This document shows, in pieces, positions 8,092 to 17,159 of a stretch of DNA of 64,000 bases (its first letter is position 1; each line of letters opens with the position of its first letter). The stretch is from Flavobacteriales bacterium (GTDB lineage: Bacteria; Bacteroidota; Bacteroidia; Flavobacteriales_F; PHOS-HE28): positions 19,453 through 83,452 of the forward strand of contig JAHBUL010000016.1 of assembly GCA_019638085.1 (NCBI GenBank). Direction: 5' to 3'. The notes below the pieces were generated by a model. It saw only the letters and a program-made list of their open reading frames with translations. It had not been told where the DNA came from and did not search any database. Both the position numbers and the translations under genes were made by a program.

Positions 8092-8358
8092 TCACTTCAA
8101 CGCTTCCACCCGCACCACTTCCGGGGCTACCCGCTTGATCGCCTCCTCCACACCGGCCTTCATGGTCATGGCGCTCATGGAGCAGCTGCTGCAGGCACCG
8201 TGCAAACGCACCCGCACCACGCCTTGCTCGCTGATGCTGTCCAAGGTGATGTCCCCATTGTCCGCTTCCAGGAATGGGCGCAGCTCGGTCAGGGCATCGA
8301 TCACACGCCCCTTGATCCGTTCAAGCTCCACGGGATCGATCAATGTTGTACTGCTCAT
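8092..8358 (-). CDS. NifU-family (Nfu-type C-terminal domain) Fe-S cluster protein
   Basis: 88 aa containing LRPFLEADNGDITL and the CxxC motif HGACSSCSMS. It has a 4-nt start/stop overlap with the upstream mrp gene. Confidence 0.85.
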   Translation of the reverse strand: MSSTTLIDPVELERIKGRVIDALTELRPFLEADNGDITLDSISEQGVVRVRLHGACSSCSMSAMTMKAGVEEAIKRVAPEVVRVEALK

Positions 8359-9500
8359 GGTCTCACACTCATTTCGTCGGCCGGGTTGGCCACTTTCTTC
8401 TCCGGAGGTGCCGCATCCAGTTCCGCCAAGATACGCTGCATGGCATCCAACATGGGCGTGAAGGCCTGCCCTGCCGGTGTATCACCTTGAAGCACAGCGG
8501 GGCGGCCCACATCTGCAGCCTCCCGAATGCTTTGCACCAAGGGAACCTCGGCCATGAAAGGCACTTTAAGCTCTTCCGCCAGCGCACGGGCACCGCCTTT
8601 GCCAAAGATGTAATGGCGCTCGTTCTCGGGGATATCCATGAGCTTTCTTCCCGATGCGACTTCCGCTGGAACGAACCAGGACATGTTCTCCACGATACCG
8701 AGCACGGGCACGTTCACACTGGGCATGTTGAAGAGGCCCACGCCTTTGCGCGCATCCACCAAGGCCACGGGCTGTGGCGTGCTTACGATGATGGCACCGC
8801 TCAACGGCACGGCCTGCACAAGTGAGAGGTGGATATCGCCGGTGCCGGGTGGAAGGTCCACGAGCATGATGTCGAGCTCGCCCCAGTCCGCATCCTTGAA
8901 AAGTTGGTCGAGCGCCTTGCTGGCCATGGGCCCGCGCCACGCGATGGCCTGGCCGGGATCGGCGAAGAAGCCGATGCTGAGCATCTGCACGCCATAATTC
9001 TCAACCGGCACGATGAGGTTCTTGCCGTCCACCGCCTTTACGCGAGGGCGCTCCTTGAGCACGTCGAACATCAGCGGCATGCTGGGGCCGTAAATGTCGG
9101 CATCCACCAAGCCCACCTTCAGGCCACGTTGGGCGAGGCCCACTGCGAGGTTTGCAGTGATAGTGCTCTTGCCCACGCCGCCTTTACCGCTGGCCACGGC
9201 CACGATGTGCTTTACGAAGGGCAGCACCTTGCGCAAACCTCCACGCGCCCCGCTGATCGGCCGCACGCTCACGTTCACTTTCACGCCGTCGCCGAAGGCC
9301 TGCTTCACTTGGAAGATCACGGCCTCCTCCATCCGCTTCCGGCTGTGCATGGCGGGATTGCTCACCTCCACGATGATGTTGATCGTGTTCTCGTCGATGA
9401 CGATCTCCTGGACCAGGTCGAGTTCCACGATGTCCTTCTTGAGATCGGGTTCGATCACGCGGCTGAGTGCAGCTTGCAGGGCTTCTTCGGTAATTTCCAT
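8355..9500 (-). CDS. mrp: Mrp/NBP35 (ApbC) family ATP-binding Fe-S cluster carrier
   Basis: 381 aa with a DUF59-like N-terminus (ALSRVIEPDLKKDIVELDLV), deviant Walker A VASGKGGVGKST and DADIYGPS. Confidence 0.9.
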   Translation of the reverse strand: MEITEEALQAALSRVIEPDLKKDIVELDLVQEIVIDENTINIIVEVSNPAMHSRKRMEEAVIFQVKQAFGDGVKVNVSVRPISGARGGLRKVLPFVKHIVAVASGKGGVGKSTITANLAVGLAQRGLKVGLVDADIYGPSMPLMFDVLKERPRVKAVDGKNLIVPVENYGVQMLSIGFFADPGQAIAWRGPMASKALDQLFKDADWGELDIMLVDLPPGTGDIHLSLVQAVPLSGAIIVSTPQPVALVDARKGVGLFNMPSVNVPVLGIVENMSWFVPAEVASGRKLMDIPENERHYIFGKGGARALAEELKVPFMAEVPLVQSIREAADVGRPAVLQGDTPAGQAFTPMLDAMQRILAELDAAPPEKKVANPADEMSVRP

Positions 9501-9547
9501 AGTGGCGCGAAATTACCCCTGAAAAAGATGGCCTGTACTGTCGATCG

Positions 9548-10015
9548 TCAGCCCTGCCCCGCAGCGCTCTGCAAACCCTGATCCCCAGTGCCATCCCGCA
9601 CCGGCTTTCGCTCCAGCAACCACAACATGGCGATGGAGGGGTCCTCGAAGAAGCGGACTGCGTAGGGTGCTTCCTCAGGTGTGTTCGCTACGAAACGATC
9701 CACGGCCTCCGCGTTGCCGGGGTCTTCGCTGCCCACAATGGCGATGCGTTCGATGCCGGCCTGCATCACCTGCGGAGTGAATTCGCGCATGGTCCATTCC
9801 TGGTCCTCGTTGGTGATGTAACCAGCCTTGCGCGCATCGGTAAGCCAGTACCGCAGGTGCTTCCGCTCCACCACCCCGATCACATGCTGCAAGAGTGAAC
9901 GGTACTGTTCGCCCTGGAATATGCCGCTCCATGTGGAACGCACCAAGCGTTGCGCTGGCTGCACCTCCAAGAGGAGATTCTCGCACTGGTGCTCTGTATG
10001 GATCTTGAAGGCCAT
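9548..10015 (-). CDS. hypothetical protein
   Basis: ORF 9548-10048. I place the start at the internal ATG (MAFKIHTEHQ...) at 10015. No family recognised, though a STAS-like fold is possible. Confidence 0.55.
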   Translation of the reverse strand: MAFKIHTEHQCENLLLEVQPAQRLVRSTWSGIFQGEQYRSLLQHVIGVVERKHLRYWLTDARKAGYITNEDQEWTMREFTPQVMQAGIERIAIVGSEDPGNAEAVDRFVANTPEEAPYAVRFFEDPSIAMLWLLERKPVRDGTGDQGLQSAAGQG

Positions 10016-10109
10016 GGCTTGCTTCGGCAGGATGAAGGTACACTTCAATGGACATACTGTTCCAAAACCGCATTAAACTCCCTATTTACAGGTAGAGATG
10101 GCAATCTTC

Positions 10110-10469
10110 TCACAGACCCAATTCCACTGCCGGGTCCCAGAATTTCCTCGCGAAGTCCTGTACTTCATCATTCTTCACCTTCACGCCTTCCTTCTTCAAG
10201 AGCTCCTCCATCCGTATAGGCGTGGAGAAATGGTGCTTGCCTGTCAGCAAACCGTTCCGGTTCACTACACGGTGCGCGGGCACGTCCGGCTTGGATGCGT
10301 TGTTGAGGCAGTAGCCCACCATGCGTGAACTGCGGGCGGCGCCGAGGTAGCGTGCGATGGCACCATAGCTAGTAACCCGGCCACGCGGGATCTGGCGCAC
10401 CACGTCCATCACGTCAGCGAAGAAGTCGCGCTCCTGTACGGCGTCGTTCTGTATGGTGCGTTTCTTCAT
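10110..10469 (-). CDS. MGMT-family DNA-binding protein, alkyltransferase-like (active-site Cys replaced)
   Basis: MKKRT...VVRQIPRGRVTSYGAIARYLG...VPAHRVVNRNG. The PCHR active site reads PAHR, as in ATL proteins. The longer ORF-track start at 10568 would overlap trmB. Confidence 0.8.
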   Translation of the reverse strand: MKKRTIQNDAVQERDFFADVMDVVRQIPRGRVTSYGAIARYLGAARSSRMVGYCLNNASKPDVPAHRVVNRNGLLTGKHHFSTPIRMEELLKKEGVKVKNDEVQDFARKFWDPAVELGL

Positions 10470-10561
10470 TGAAGTGAAACCGCCAAGGCGCAAAGCTCGC
10501 CAACAATGCGCTAAACGTGCTGTTTTCCTAGTTGAGCTTTTCGCGTCTTGGCGGTACAGGA

Positions 10562-11239
10562 TCACCAACCAAAACGCACGTAGTGGATCGTCCTCCCTTC
10601 TTCAAGCCACATGCTCTCATAGAAGGTGCGGATGTTCATCACCGCCTGCTCCTCCGGAGGAATACGCAGGACCAGCTCGCCATAGACATCGGCGCTACAT
10701 TCTTCGATACGTAGCTTGTGCTCCTCGATCTGCTCCAGGGTGTACTCGTAGAGAACGGGGCTGTCGGTCTTGAGGTGGATGATGCCACCGGGTTTCAAGA
10801 TCTCCTTGTAGCGTGCGAGAAAGAGCGGGCTGGTGAGGCGTTTACGTGCTTTCCCGATCTGCGGATCGCTGAAGGTGAGCCAGATCTCATCGACTTCGTG
10901 TGTGCCGAAGCAGCGTAGGATATGGTCCACATGCGTGCGTAGAAAGCCAACGTTGGCCAGTCCCTTTTCATGCGCCGCTTTCGCTCCACGCCAGATCCGC
11001 GCTCCCTTGATGTCCACGCCGATGTAGTTCTTCTCCGGATGAAGCTGGGCCAGGCCGACCGTGTATTCGCCACCGCCGCAGCCCAGTTCCAGTACCAGCG
11101 GTGCGTCCCGCTTGAAGAATTCGCTGTTCCACTTGCCTTTCTGCGGAAGATCTGCCGCTTGCAGTTGTGTGAACGTGGGCTGCACCACGTGGTCGTATGT
11201 AGCGTTCTCGGCGAATCGGGAGAGCTTGTTCTTGCCCAT
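10562..11239 (-). CDS. trmB: tRNA (guanine-N7)-methyltransferase
   Basis: 225 aa from the internal ATG (MGKNKLSRFAEN...). SAM motif LELGCGGGEYTV and DEIWLTFSDPQ are present. The upstream 89 codons of the track ORF are Arg/His-rich and non-homologous. Confidence 0.9.
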   Translation of the reverse strand: MGKNKLSRFAENATYDHVVQPTFTQLQAADLPQKGKWNSEFFKRDAPLVLELGCGGGEYTVGLAQLHPEKNYIGVDIKGARIWRGAKAAHEKGLANVGFLRTHVDHILRCFGTHEVDEIWLTFSDPQIGKARKRLTSPLFLARYKEILKPGGIIHLKTDSPVLYEYTLEQIEEHKLRIEECSADVYGELVLRIPPEEQAVMNIRTFYESMWLEEGRTIHYVRFGW

Positions 11240-11335
11240 GGAGGAAATGGAGTGTGGTTGCGGCCGCGAATGAACGAAGAGTTGGGCGAAGAAGGAGAAG
11301 GTGCGATGGTGAAGCATGTGGGCGAACTTCGCGGC

Positions 11336-12430
11336 ATGTTCAATGGCGCTCGTATACTCGTAGCCCCGCTCGATTGGGGCTTGGGCCATGCGGCGCGTTG
11401 CGTTCCGATCATTCATGCCCTGCTGGCACAGGATGCCGTGCCGGTGATCGGTGCCGATCGCGGGCCGTTGGCCCTGCTGCGTGCAGAGTTCCCGCAGCTG
11501 GAGCATGTGCGCATTCCCGGTATGGAGGTGCGTTATTCGGAAGGCCGATCACAGGCCTGGGCCATGGCCAAGCAGTTGCCTGCGATGCTTCGGCAGGTGA
11601 GGACGGAACACCATTTATTCAATGTCCTTCGGCGCGAATTGCAGCTTGATGCGGTGATCAGTGACCAACGCTTCGGGATCCGCGCAGCTGATCTGCCCAG
11701 CGTGTTGATCACGCACCAGCTCTTTCCATTTTCCCCCTTCGCGCAAGGCGTTGCGCGCCGGATGAACAAGGGCCATATGCTGCGCTTCGACAGGTGTTGG
11801 ATCCCCGATCGGGAAAACGGACCCGGACTTGCCGGGGCGCTGTCCCATGGAAAGGAGCTTCCACGGAACGCACGCTACATCGGCCCGCTCAGCAGGTTCG
11901 ATCGCTCCACGTCGACTACTTCGACGACCAAGTATCGCATAGTGGTCGTGATCAGTGGCCCCGAACCACAGCGCTCCCTCCTCGAGAAACAGGTGATGTC
12001 CCAATTATTTTCCATTGAGGGGCATCACTTGATGCTGACGGGCAAACCCGGTAGCGCCAGTGAACAGCGTGGAGCGGTCCACATGATCGGTCATCTGCCG
12101 ACCCTTGAGCTTCAGGCCGCATTGATGCATGCAGAACTGATCGTGGCGCGGACCGGTTATTCCACCTTGATGGACCTGGATGCATTGGGGCGCGGTGCGC
12201 TTCTGGTCCCCACCCCGGGGCAACCTGAACAGGAATACCTGGGACGACTGCACAAGGAGCTGGGCGTTCACACAACTCAAGAACAACACCGGTTGAACAT
12301 CGCCGGGGCACTCCGCACGCTACCAAGCTCTACACCTCCTGCTCCTGCCGACCCGGGGCCTTCGCCTGCTTTTTACGAACTTGCGCACTTGCTCACCGAA
12401 CATCGCCCCGCTATTCCTTCCCCCGTATGA
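11336..12430 (+). CDS. glycosyltransferase, MurG/GT28-like family protein
   Basis: MFNGARILVAPLDWGLGHAARCVPII..., ISGPEPQRS and ARTGYSTLMDL...VPTPGQPEQEY. Start chosen at 11336, with 11270 and 11306 as alternatives. The stop overlaps the next start (ATGA). Confidence 0.75.
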   Translation: MFNGARILVAPLDWGLGHAARCVPIIHALLAQDAVPVIGADRGPLALLRAEFPQLEHVRIPGMEVRYSEGRSQAWAMAKQLPAMLRQVRTEHHLFNVLRRELQLDAVISDQRFGIRAADLPSVLITHQLFPFSPFAQGVARRMNKGHMLRFDRCWIPDRENGPGLAGALSHGKELPRNARYIGPLSRFDRSTSTTSTTKYRIVVVISGPEPQRSLLEKQVMSQLFSIEGHHLMLTGKPGSASEQRGAVHMIGHLPTLELQAALMHAELIVARTGYSTLMDLDALGRGALLVPTPGQPEQEYLGRLHKELGVHTTQEQHRLNIAGALRTLPSSTPPAPADPGPSPAFYELAHLLTEHRPAIPSPV

Positions 12431-13689
12431 CCATTCGTACCACCGCGCAACTGATCGCGCTCTTCGCCTTCTCGAATCTTTTCGCACAATCCGAACAGAG
12501 CAAGGCCCTGCAAGCCGCGCAACAGGAATACAACCTGATGCAGGAGCAACTGGAGCAAATACGCAGTAAGGTGGAAAAGGCCAAGCTGTCCGTGATGCAG
12601 CATGACCTAGCTGAATGGGGATATCCGGCACTCGGACCCGGCGATGAGGTGATCGTACACCCGGGCCATTCCTTGGTCTGGAACGATACCTACAAGGTGC
12701 CGAAGTGGACCGCCCACATCATCATGCCGGACATCATGGAAGGTAATTTAGCGCGTATCGACACCTTCCTTCCGGACCCGATGATCAAGACCAACACGGC
12801 CCTGATCACCAGCTACTGGTACAGCGGTTACGATCGTGGGCACATGGTACCAAGTGCAGACATGCGCTGGAGCATGGATGCGCTGAAGGCGACATATCTA
12901 TACAGCAACGTTGCGCCGCAAAAGCCGGAATTGAACCGGGGCGCGTGGGCGGACCTGGAAGACTGGATGCGCCGATACGTCCACTATTCCGGCCGTCGTG
13001 TATACGTGGTCACCGCGCCGATCCTTGGAAAGGATATGCCGCTGTTGAACAAGCCGAAAGCGGAAGCCGATGTAAGCGCCCCACCGTACTTCTTCAAGGC
13101 GATGGTTGATATCGACGGACCCGTGAAAAAGGGGATCGCCTTCGTGATGAAGAACGGACTGAACGATCAGGGGATCCTGAGCTATGCCGTTTCCATAGAC
13201 AGCGTGGAGGCACTCTCTGGGCTCGATCTTTTCCCGGCTTTGGACGACACGCTGGAGAACCGGATCGAAGCGATGAACAATGCCCAGGATTGGTACGGTG
13301 AAGGCGATCGCGCCATGGGCGAAGTGGCTCCCTTACCCGCTCCACTACCGGGCGGCCGTTTCAACACGGTACAGGCGAAGTACCACATCGGTAACAAGGC
13401 CACCATTTGCGGCACCGTGGTGAGCACCCGCCGTACCAAGAAGGCCAATGCGCTCTACCTCAACTTCGATCGCATGTATCCCAACCAGGATTTCTATGCC
13501 ACCGTGTGGGATTCGAACAGCCCGAATTTCGCGTACGACCCGGAGACCTATCTGCAAGGTCGAAAGGTCTGTGTAACCGGTATGATCTCCACCTATAGCG
13601 ACATCGCGCGCATCAGCATCAACAACGAGAAGGAGATCACCTTCTGGGAAGATGTGATCCGTGACGAGAAACGGAAAGAACAGGAATAA
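12427..13689 (+). CDS. secreted DNA/RNA non-specific endonuclease with C-terminal OB-fold-like domain
   Basis: 420 aa with signal peptide MTIRTTAQLIALFAFSNLFAQ and a coiled-coil segment. The beta-beta-alpha-Me site is GYDRGHMVPSAD...SNVAPQ. The C-terminal ~100 aa (ATICGTVVSTRR...VCVTGMISTY) look OB-fold-like. Confidence 0.85.
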   Translation: MTIRTTAQLIALFAFSNLFAQSEQSKALQAAQQEYNLMQEQLEQIRSKVEKAKLSVMQHDLAEWGYPALGPGDEVIVHPGHSLVWNDTYKVPKWTAHIIMPDIMEGNLARIDTFLPDPMIKTNTALITSYWYSGYDRGHMVPSADMRWSMDALKATYLYSNVAPQKPELNRGAWADLEDWMRRYVHYSGRRVYVVTAPILGKDMPLLNKPKAEADVSAPPYFFKAMVDIDGPVKKGIAFVMKNGLNDQGILSYAVSIDSVEALSGLDLFPALDDTLENRIEAMNNAQDWYGEGDRAMGEVAPLPAPLPGGRFNTVQAKYHIGNKATICGTVVSTRRTKKANALYLNFDRMYPNQDFYATVWDSNSPNFAYDPETYLQGRKVCVTGMISTYSDIARISINNEKEITFWEDVIRDEKRKEQE

Positions 13690-13778
13690 GTAAGCGGGTC
13701 CCACAACGTTCAGCACCCACGTTTGACACGTCGCGTCCTGGGTTGCACTTGGCTCTTGAATGGTCCGATGGGCCTCCT

Positions 13779-14891
13779 TCAACGCACTTTGGGTAGCGTG
13801 AAGCTGAAAGTGGTTCCCTTGCCCTGCGTGCTCTTTGCCATGATCGTTCCGCCGTGGCTTTCCACGATGTGTTTTGCGATCGCCAGGCCCAGCCCACTTC
13901 CTCCTTCGTTGCGTGCGCGGCTGCTCCCCACCCGATAGAACCGCTCGAACAAACGTGGGAGATGTTCCGGCATGATGCCCGGTCCATCATCGGCCGCTTC
14001 CACCAGCACCTGCTCGCCCGTGTCGAATGCGCGGATCGTACACGTACCGCCTTCGCGCCCGTAATTGATGGCGTTGAGCAAGATGTTGCCAAAGACCTGT
14101 TCCAAGCGGTCCATGTCGGCCATCACCCAGGTCGCTCCATCGATGCCGTTGATCAGGGAGAATCCACGTTCGGCAGCCTTCTTCCGTAAGTCCCCAATGA
14201 CCGTATCCACAGGGATGTTGAGGTCCATTCGATCGATCCGCATGTCCAACACGCCGCTTTCCATGGCGGAGATCAATCCCAGATCTTCCACAATGCGGAT
14301 CATGCGTTCCACGCCCTTGTCCGCACGCTGCAAAAAATCCCGGTTCACCTTGGGGTCTTCCAACCCCCCTTCCAGCAAGGTTAGGATGTAGCCTTGGATG
14401 TTGAAGATCGGTGTGCGCAGCTCGTGGGCCAAGTTCCCGATGAACTCGCGACGGTACCGTTCCCGTTCCCGAAGCTCCTTGATCTCGGGATATTTTCCTT
14501 CGGCCCATGCTGATACCTCGTTGCTCACATCCCCAATGTCATCACCGGCTATATGCGTACCCTTGGAGCGCCCCCTGCGCGCCTCATGCACGGTGCGATG
14601 GAGCAGGTCCACCCGGTCCTGTACGTAGCGTTTCACCACCAGAAAGGTGATCCCCAGCGGGATGAAAAAACTGACGAGCATGACCACGCCGATCGTTCGT
14701 GCGGAAACATCCATGTCATCCGCCTCGGCAAGCAGGTACAACGATAATCCCACGGCGACCGAGGTGAGCACGGCCGTTACCAAGGCGATGCGAAGGGGCG
14801 AGCGGGGTTGCATCGCAGGTAAAGGTAGGTGCCGCCCGCTCCGGAATTTCGCGCTCCTGTACGTGTTCATGTGGTGCGGCGGGCTTAACAC
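13779..14891 (-). CDS. sensor histidine kinase (PhoR-like by context), no adjacent response regulator
   Basis: H-box NLAHELRTP, N box LLNAINYG, and G boxes DDGPGI and GGSGLGLAI. There are two N-terminal TM segments. The start may instead be the ATG at 14813 (MQPRSP...). Confidence 0.85.
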   Translation of the reverse strand: MLSPPHHMNTYRSAKFRSGRHLPLPAMQPRSPLRIALVTAVLTSVAVGLSLYLLAEADDMDVSARTIGVVMLVSFFIPLGITFLVVKRYVQDRVDLLHRTVHEARRGRSKGTHIAGDDIGDVSNEVSAWAEGKYPEIKELRERERYRREFIGNLAHELRTPIFNIQGYILTLLEGGLEDPKVNRDFLQRADKGVERMIRIVEDLGLISAMESGVLDMRIDRMDLNIPVDTVIGDLRKKAAERGFSLINGIDGATWVMADMDRLEQVFGNILLNAINYGREGGTCTIRAFDTGEQVLVEAADDGPGIMPEHLPRLFERFYRVGSSRARNEGGSGLGLAIAKHIVESHGGTIMAKSTQGKGTTFSFTLPKVR

Positions 14892-14937
14892 ATGGGCAAC
14901 ATGGCCCCGTTAGTTTCGGCCTTCCATAGCGACGAAG

Positions 14938-16626
14938 ATGTACGTTGGACTGATCCAATTCCTGATGCTGGCGGGCACGCTGGGCCTCTTCGTATTCGGC
15001 ATGCGGATGATGAGTGAAGGGCTGCAGCAAACGGCCGGCAACCGCATGCGCCGGGTGCTCGAACGGATCACTGCGGGTCGCTCTGGTGGCGTACTCACCG
15101 GAATATCCACCACGGTGATCGTGCAGTACTCCTCGGTGGTATCGGTGATCGTGGTGAGTTTCGTGAACTCGGGCCTGCTCTCCTTGCGGAAGGCCATCCC
15201 GGTGCTCATCGGCGCCAACATCGGCACCACGTTGAAGCTGCTGCTGTTCGCTGCCGTAGGATTTTCCGCACTGGACCTGCCCGCCATCGCGCTGGCGCTC
15301 TTGGCATTGGCGCTTCCGCTGCTGCTGATACGTGGCACCCAAGTGCGTGCAACCAGCGGTATCCTGGTGGGCGCGGCCTTGCTCTTCCTCGCCCTGTGGC
15401 TGATGAAGGAGCATCTGCCCATGCCCCGGCCGGAGACCTTGAGCATCCTGAACAAGTTGGAAGGGATGGGGCTATTCTCCAACCTGCTCTTCGTGGCCGT
15501 TGGGGCCATGCTGGCCATTATCATCCAATCCAGCAGCGTGGCGCTGGTGCTCACCGTGGCCCTCTGCGAAATGGGCACCATCGGCTATGCCACCGGTGCC
15601 GCGTTGGTATTGGGCGAGAACATCGGCACCACGTTCACGGCGAACGTGGCGGCCCTGGCGGGAAATGTCTGGGCCAAGCGAGCGGCGCGGGCGCACCTGC
15701 TCATCAAGCTGATCGGTGTGCTTTGGGCATTGATCCTCCTCAGCCCCTTGCTCCAAGGAATCGGCTTGCTGACGGAACGGATCAATGGTGCAAGTCCTTA
15801 TGCGGACCCCGGCATGGTGAAATGGTCGCTCACCTACCTGCACATCGCATTCAACGTGATCAATGGGCTGGTGCTGCTGCAATTCATCCCCTGGATCGAA
15901 AAAACTGTGATACGCTGGGTGCCCGCGAGGAACGCACCGGATGAAGAGTACCGGTTGGAATACATCGAAGACCCGATGATGGCCGTATCGCCCGAACTCT
16001 CGGTGATGGAGGCCCGGAAGGAAGTGGTGAAGTTCGGCCGGTTGTGCCGACGCATGCTAGGCATGGTGCGGGAACTCTTGATGGAGACCGATCCGCGTGC
16101 GCGTGCCGTATTGCTCCAGCGTATCTCGAAATATGAGTCCACCACCGACCGGATCGAAGTGGAGGTGGGCCGATACCTCACCCGCACAGGCACGGAGGTA
16201 CGCGAAGAAGCGGTGAGCAAACGGATCAGGGCACTGCTCGCCATCATCAGCGACCTGGAGAACGTGGGCGACATCCTCTTCCAGATGAGCAAGACCTTGG
16301 TGCGCAAGAACGATGAAAAGCTGTGGTTCGCCCCGGAGCAACGCCAGGACCTGTTGGAGATGATCGGCTTGGTGGACAAGGCTTTCCTGGTGATGCTTCG
16401 CAACCTCGATGCCGAGGATGATGAAGTCGCCTTGGATGAGGCGATGCTGATGGAGCAGCACATCAACCGCCAACGTGATCACTTACGCAGGGGGCACCTG
16501 AAGAGCGTGGAAAGCGGCGAACAGAACATCCACACCGGGTTGATCTACGCTGACCTGTACAGCAACTGCGAAAAGATCGGGGATCACCTGATCAATGTGA
16601 GCGAAGCGCTCAGCGGTCGGCTCTGA
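14938..16626 (+). CDS. Na/Pi cotransporter family protein with C-terminal PhoU-like domain (paralog 1)
   Basis: 562 aa with FVFGMRMMSEGLQ and duplicated GANIGTT / GENIGTT motifs. The PhoU-like tail contains ISDLENVGDILFQM and CEKIGDHLINVSEA. Confidence 0.9.
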   Translation: MYVGLIQFLMLAGTLGLFVFGMRMMSEGLQQTAGNRMRRVLERITAGRSGGVLTGISTTVIVQYSSVVSVIVVSFVNSGLLSLRKAIPVLIGANIGTTLKLLLFAAVGFSALDLPAIALALLALALPLLLIRGTQVRATSGILVGAALLFLALWLMKEHLPMPRPETLSILNKLEGMGLFSNLLFVAVGAMLAIIIQSSSVALVLTVALCEMGTIGYATGAALVLGENIGTTFTANVAALAGNVWAKRAARAHLLIKLIGVLWALILLSPLLQGIGLLTERINGASPYADPGMVKWSLTYLHIAFNVINGLVLLQFIPWIEKTVIRWVPARNAPDEEYRLEYIEDPMMAVSPELSVMEARKEVVKFGRLCRRMLGMVRELLMETDPRARAVLLQRISKYESTTDRIEVEVGRYLTRTGTEVREEAVSKRIRALLAIISDLENVGDILFQMSKTLVRKNDEKLWFAPEQRQDLLEMIGLVDKAFLVMLRNLDAEDDEVALDEAMLMEQHINRQRDHLRRGHLKSVESGEQNIHTGLIYADLYSNCEKIGDHLINVSEALSGRL

Positions 16627-16649
16627 GGTAATTGAAGTACGGGTCCCGA

Positions 16650-17141
16650 TCACTGAACGATGATCGAACCGGTATACACCGTGTTGCTCTCGTTCAATGC
16701 GCGATCGGCGATGCGCACACTGAAGCGTACCGTGTCACCCGGCACTTGCGGCAGTACTTGCGGGCTGATCTGCACGGTGATATCACCTTCCAGTGCTTTG
16801 TTCTGGCCCGTGGGCGTGATCACCGGAATGCGGTAGTACAGCGGCAAGGTGAAGACCTGAAGCTGCCACTCGCCGTTCACCTTCTTGTAGTAATCAACGA
16901 AAAAGTTGTGGTACCAATGGCTACCCGGGTTGTACGGTGCCAATGTATCGCCTTGGTTCAAGCCGATATCCCCGTCCCCATCGGTGAAGGAGATGGTGAG
17001 TTCCGCCGAATCGGGGCGTTGCTCGTAGGACTTGAATTCGATGTGGGGTTCCTTGGGGAACTCCTCTGTTTTCAGGCAGGCTGAAAAGAGCACTGCTGTA
17101 AGGACCAAGGCTCCTGATACTTTTGTTCCGGTTATCCGCAT
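16650..17141 (-). CDS. hypothetical lipoprotein
   Basis: 163 aa from the internal ATG, with lipobox VLFSAC in MRITGTKVSGALVLTAVLFSACLK. The longer track ORF (to 17657) overlaps the convergent/divergent neighbour and is low-complexity. Confidence 0.65.
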   Translation of the reverse strand: MRITGTKVSGALVLTAVLFSACLKTEEFPKEPHIEFKSYEQRPDSAELTISFTDGDGDIGLNQGDTLAPYNPGSHWYHNFFVDYYKKVNGEWQLQVFTLPLYYRIPVITPTGQNKALEGDITVQISPQVLPQVPGDTVRFSVRIADRALNESNTVYTGSIIVQ

Positions 17142-17159
17142 CGCTGGTACCACAAAAGT

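Noticed and set aside
10562-11506. N-terminal extensions of track ORFs (trmB to 11506, tyrS to 19959, sucB to 52885, lipoprotein to 17657, TBDR from 29198, DUF5689-like from 31827, GT from 10970)
   Set aside because: The homologous or functional sequence (family N-termini, signal peptides, lipoboxes) begins at internal ATGs. The extensions are low-complexity and overlap neighbouring genes.
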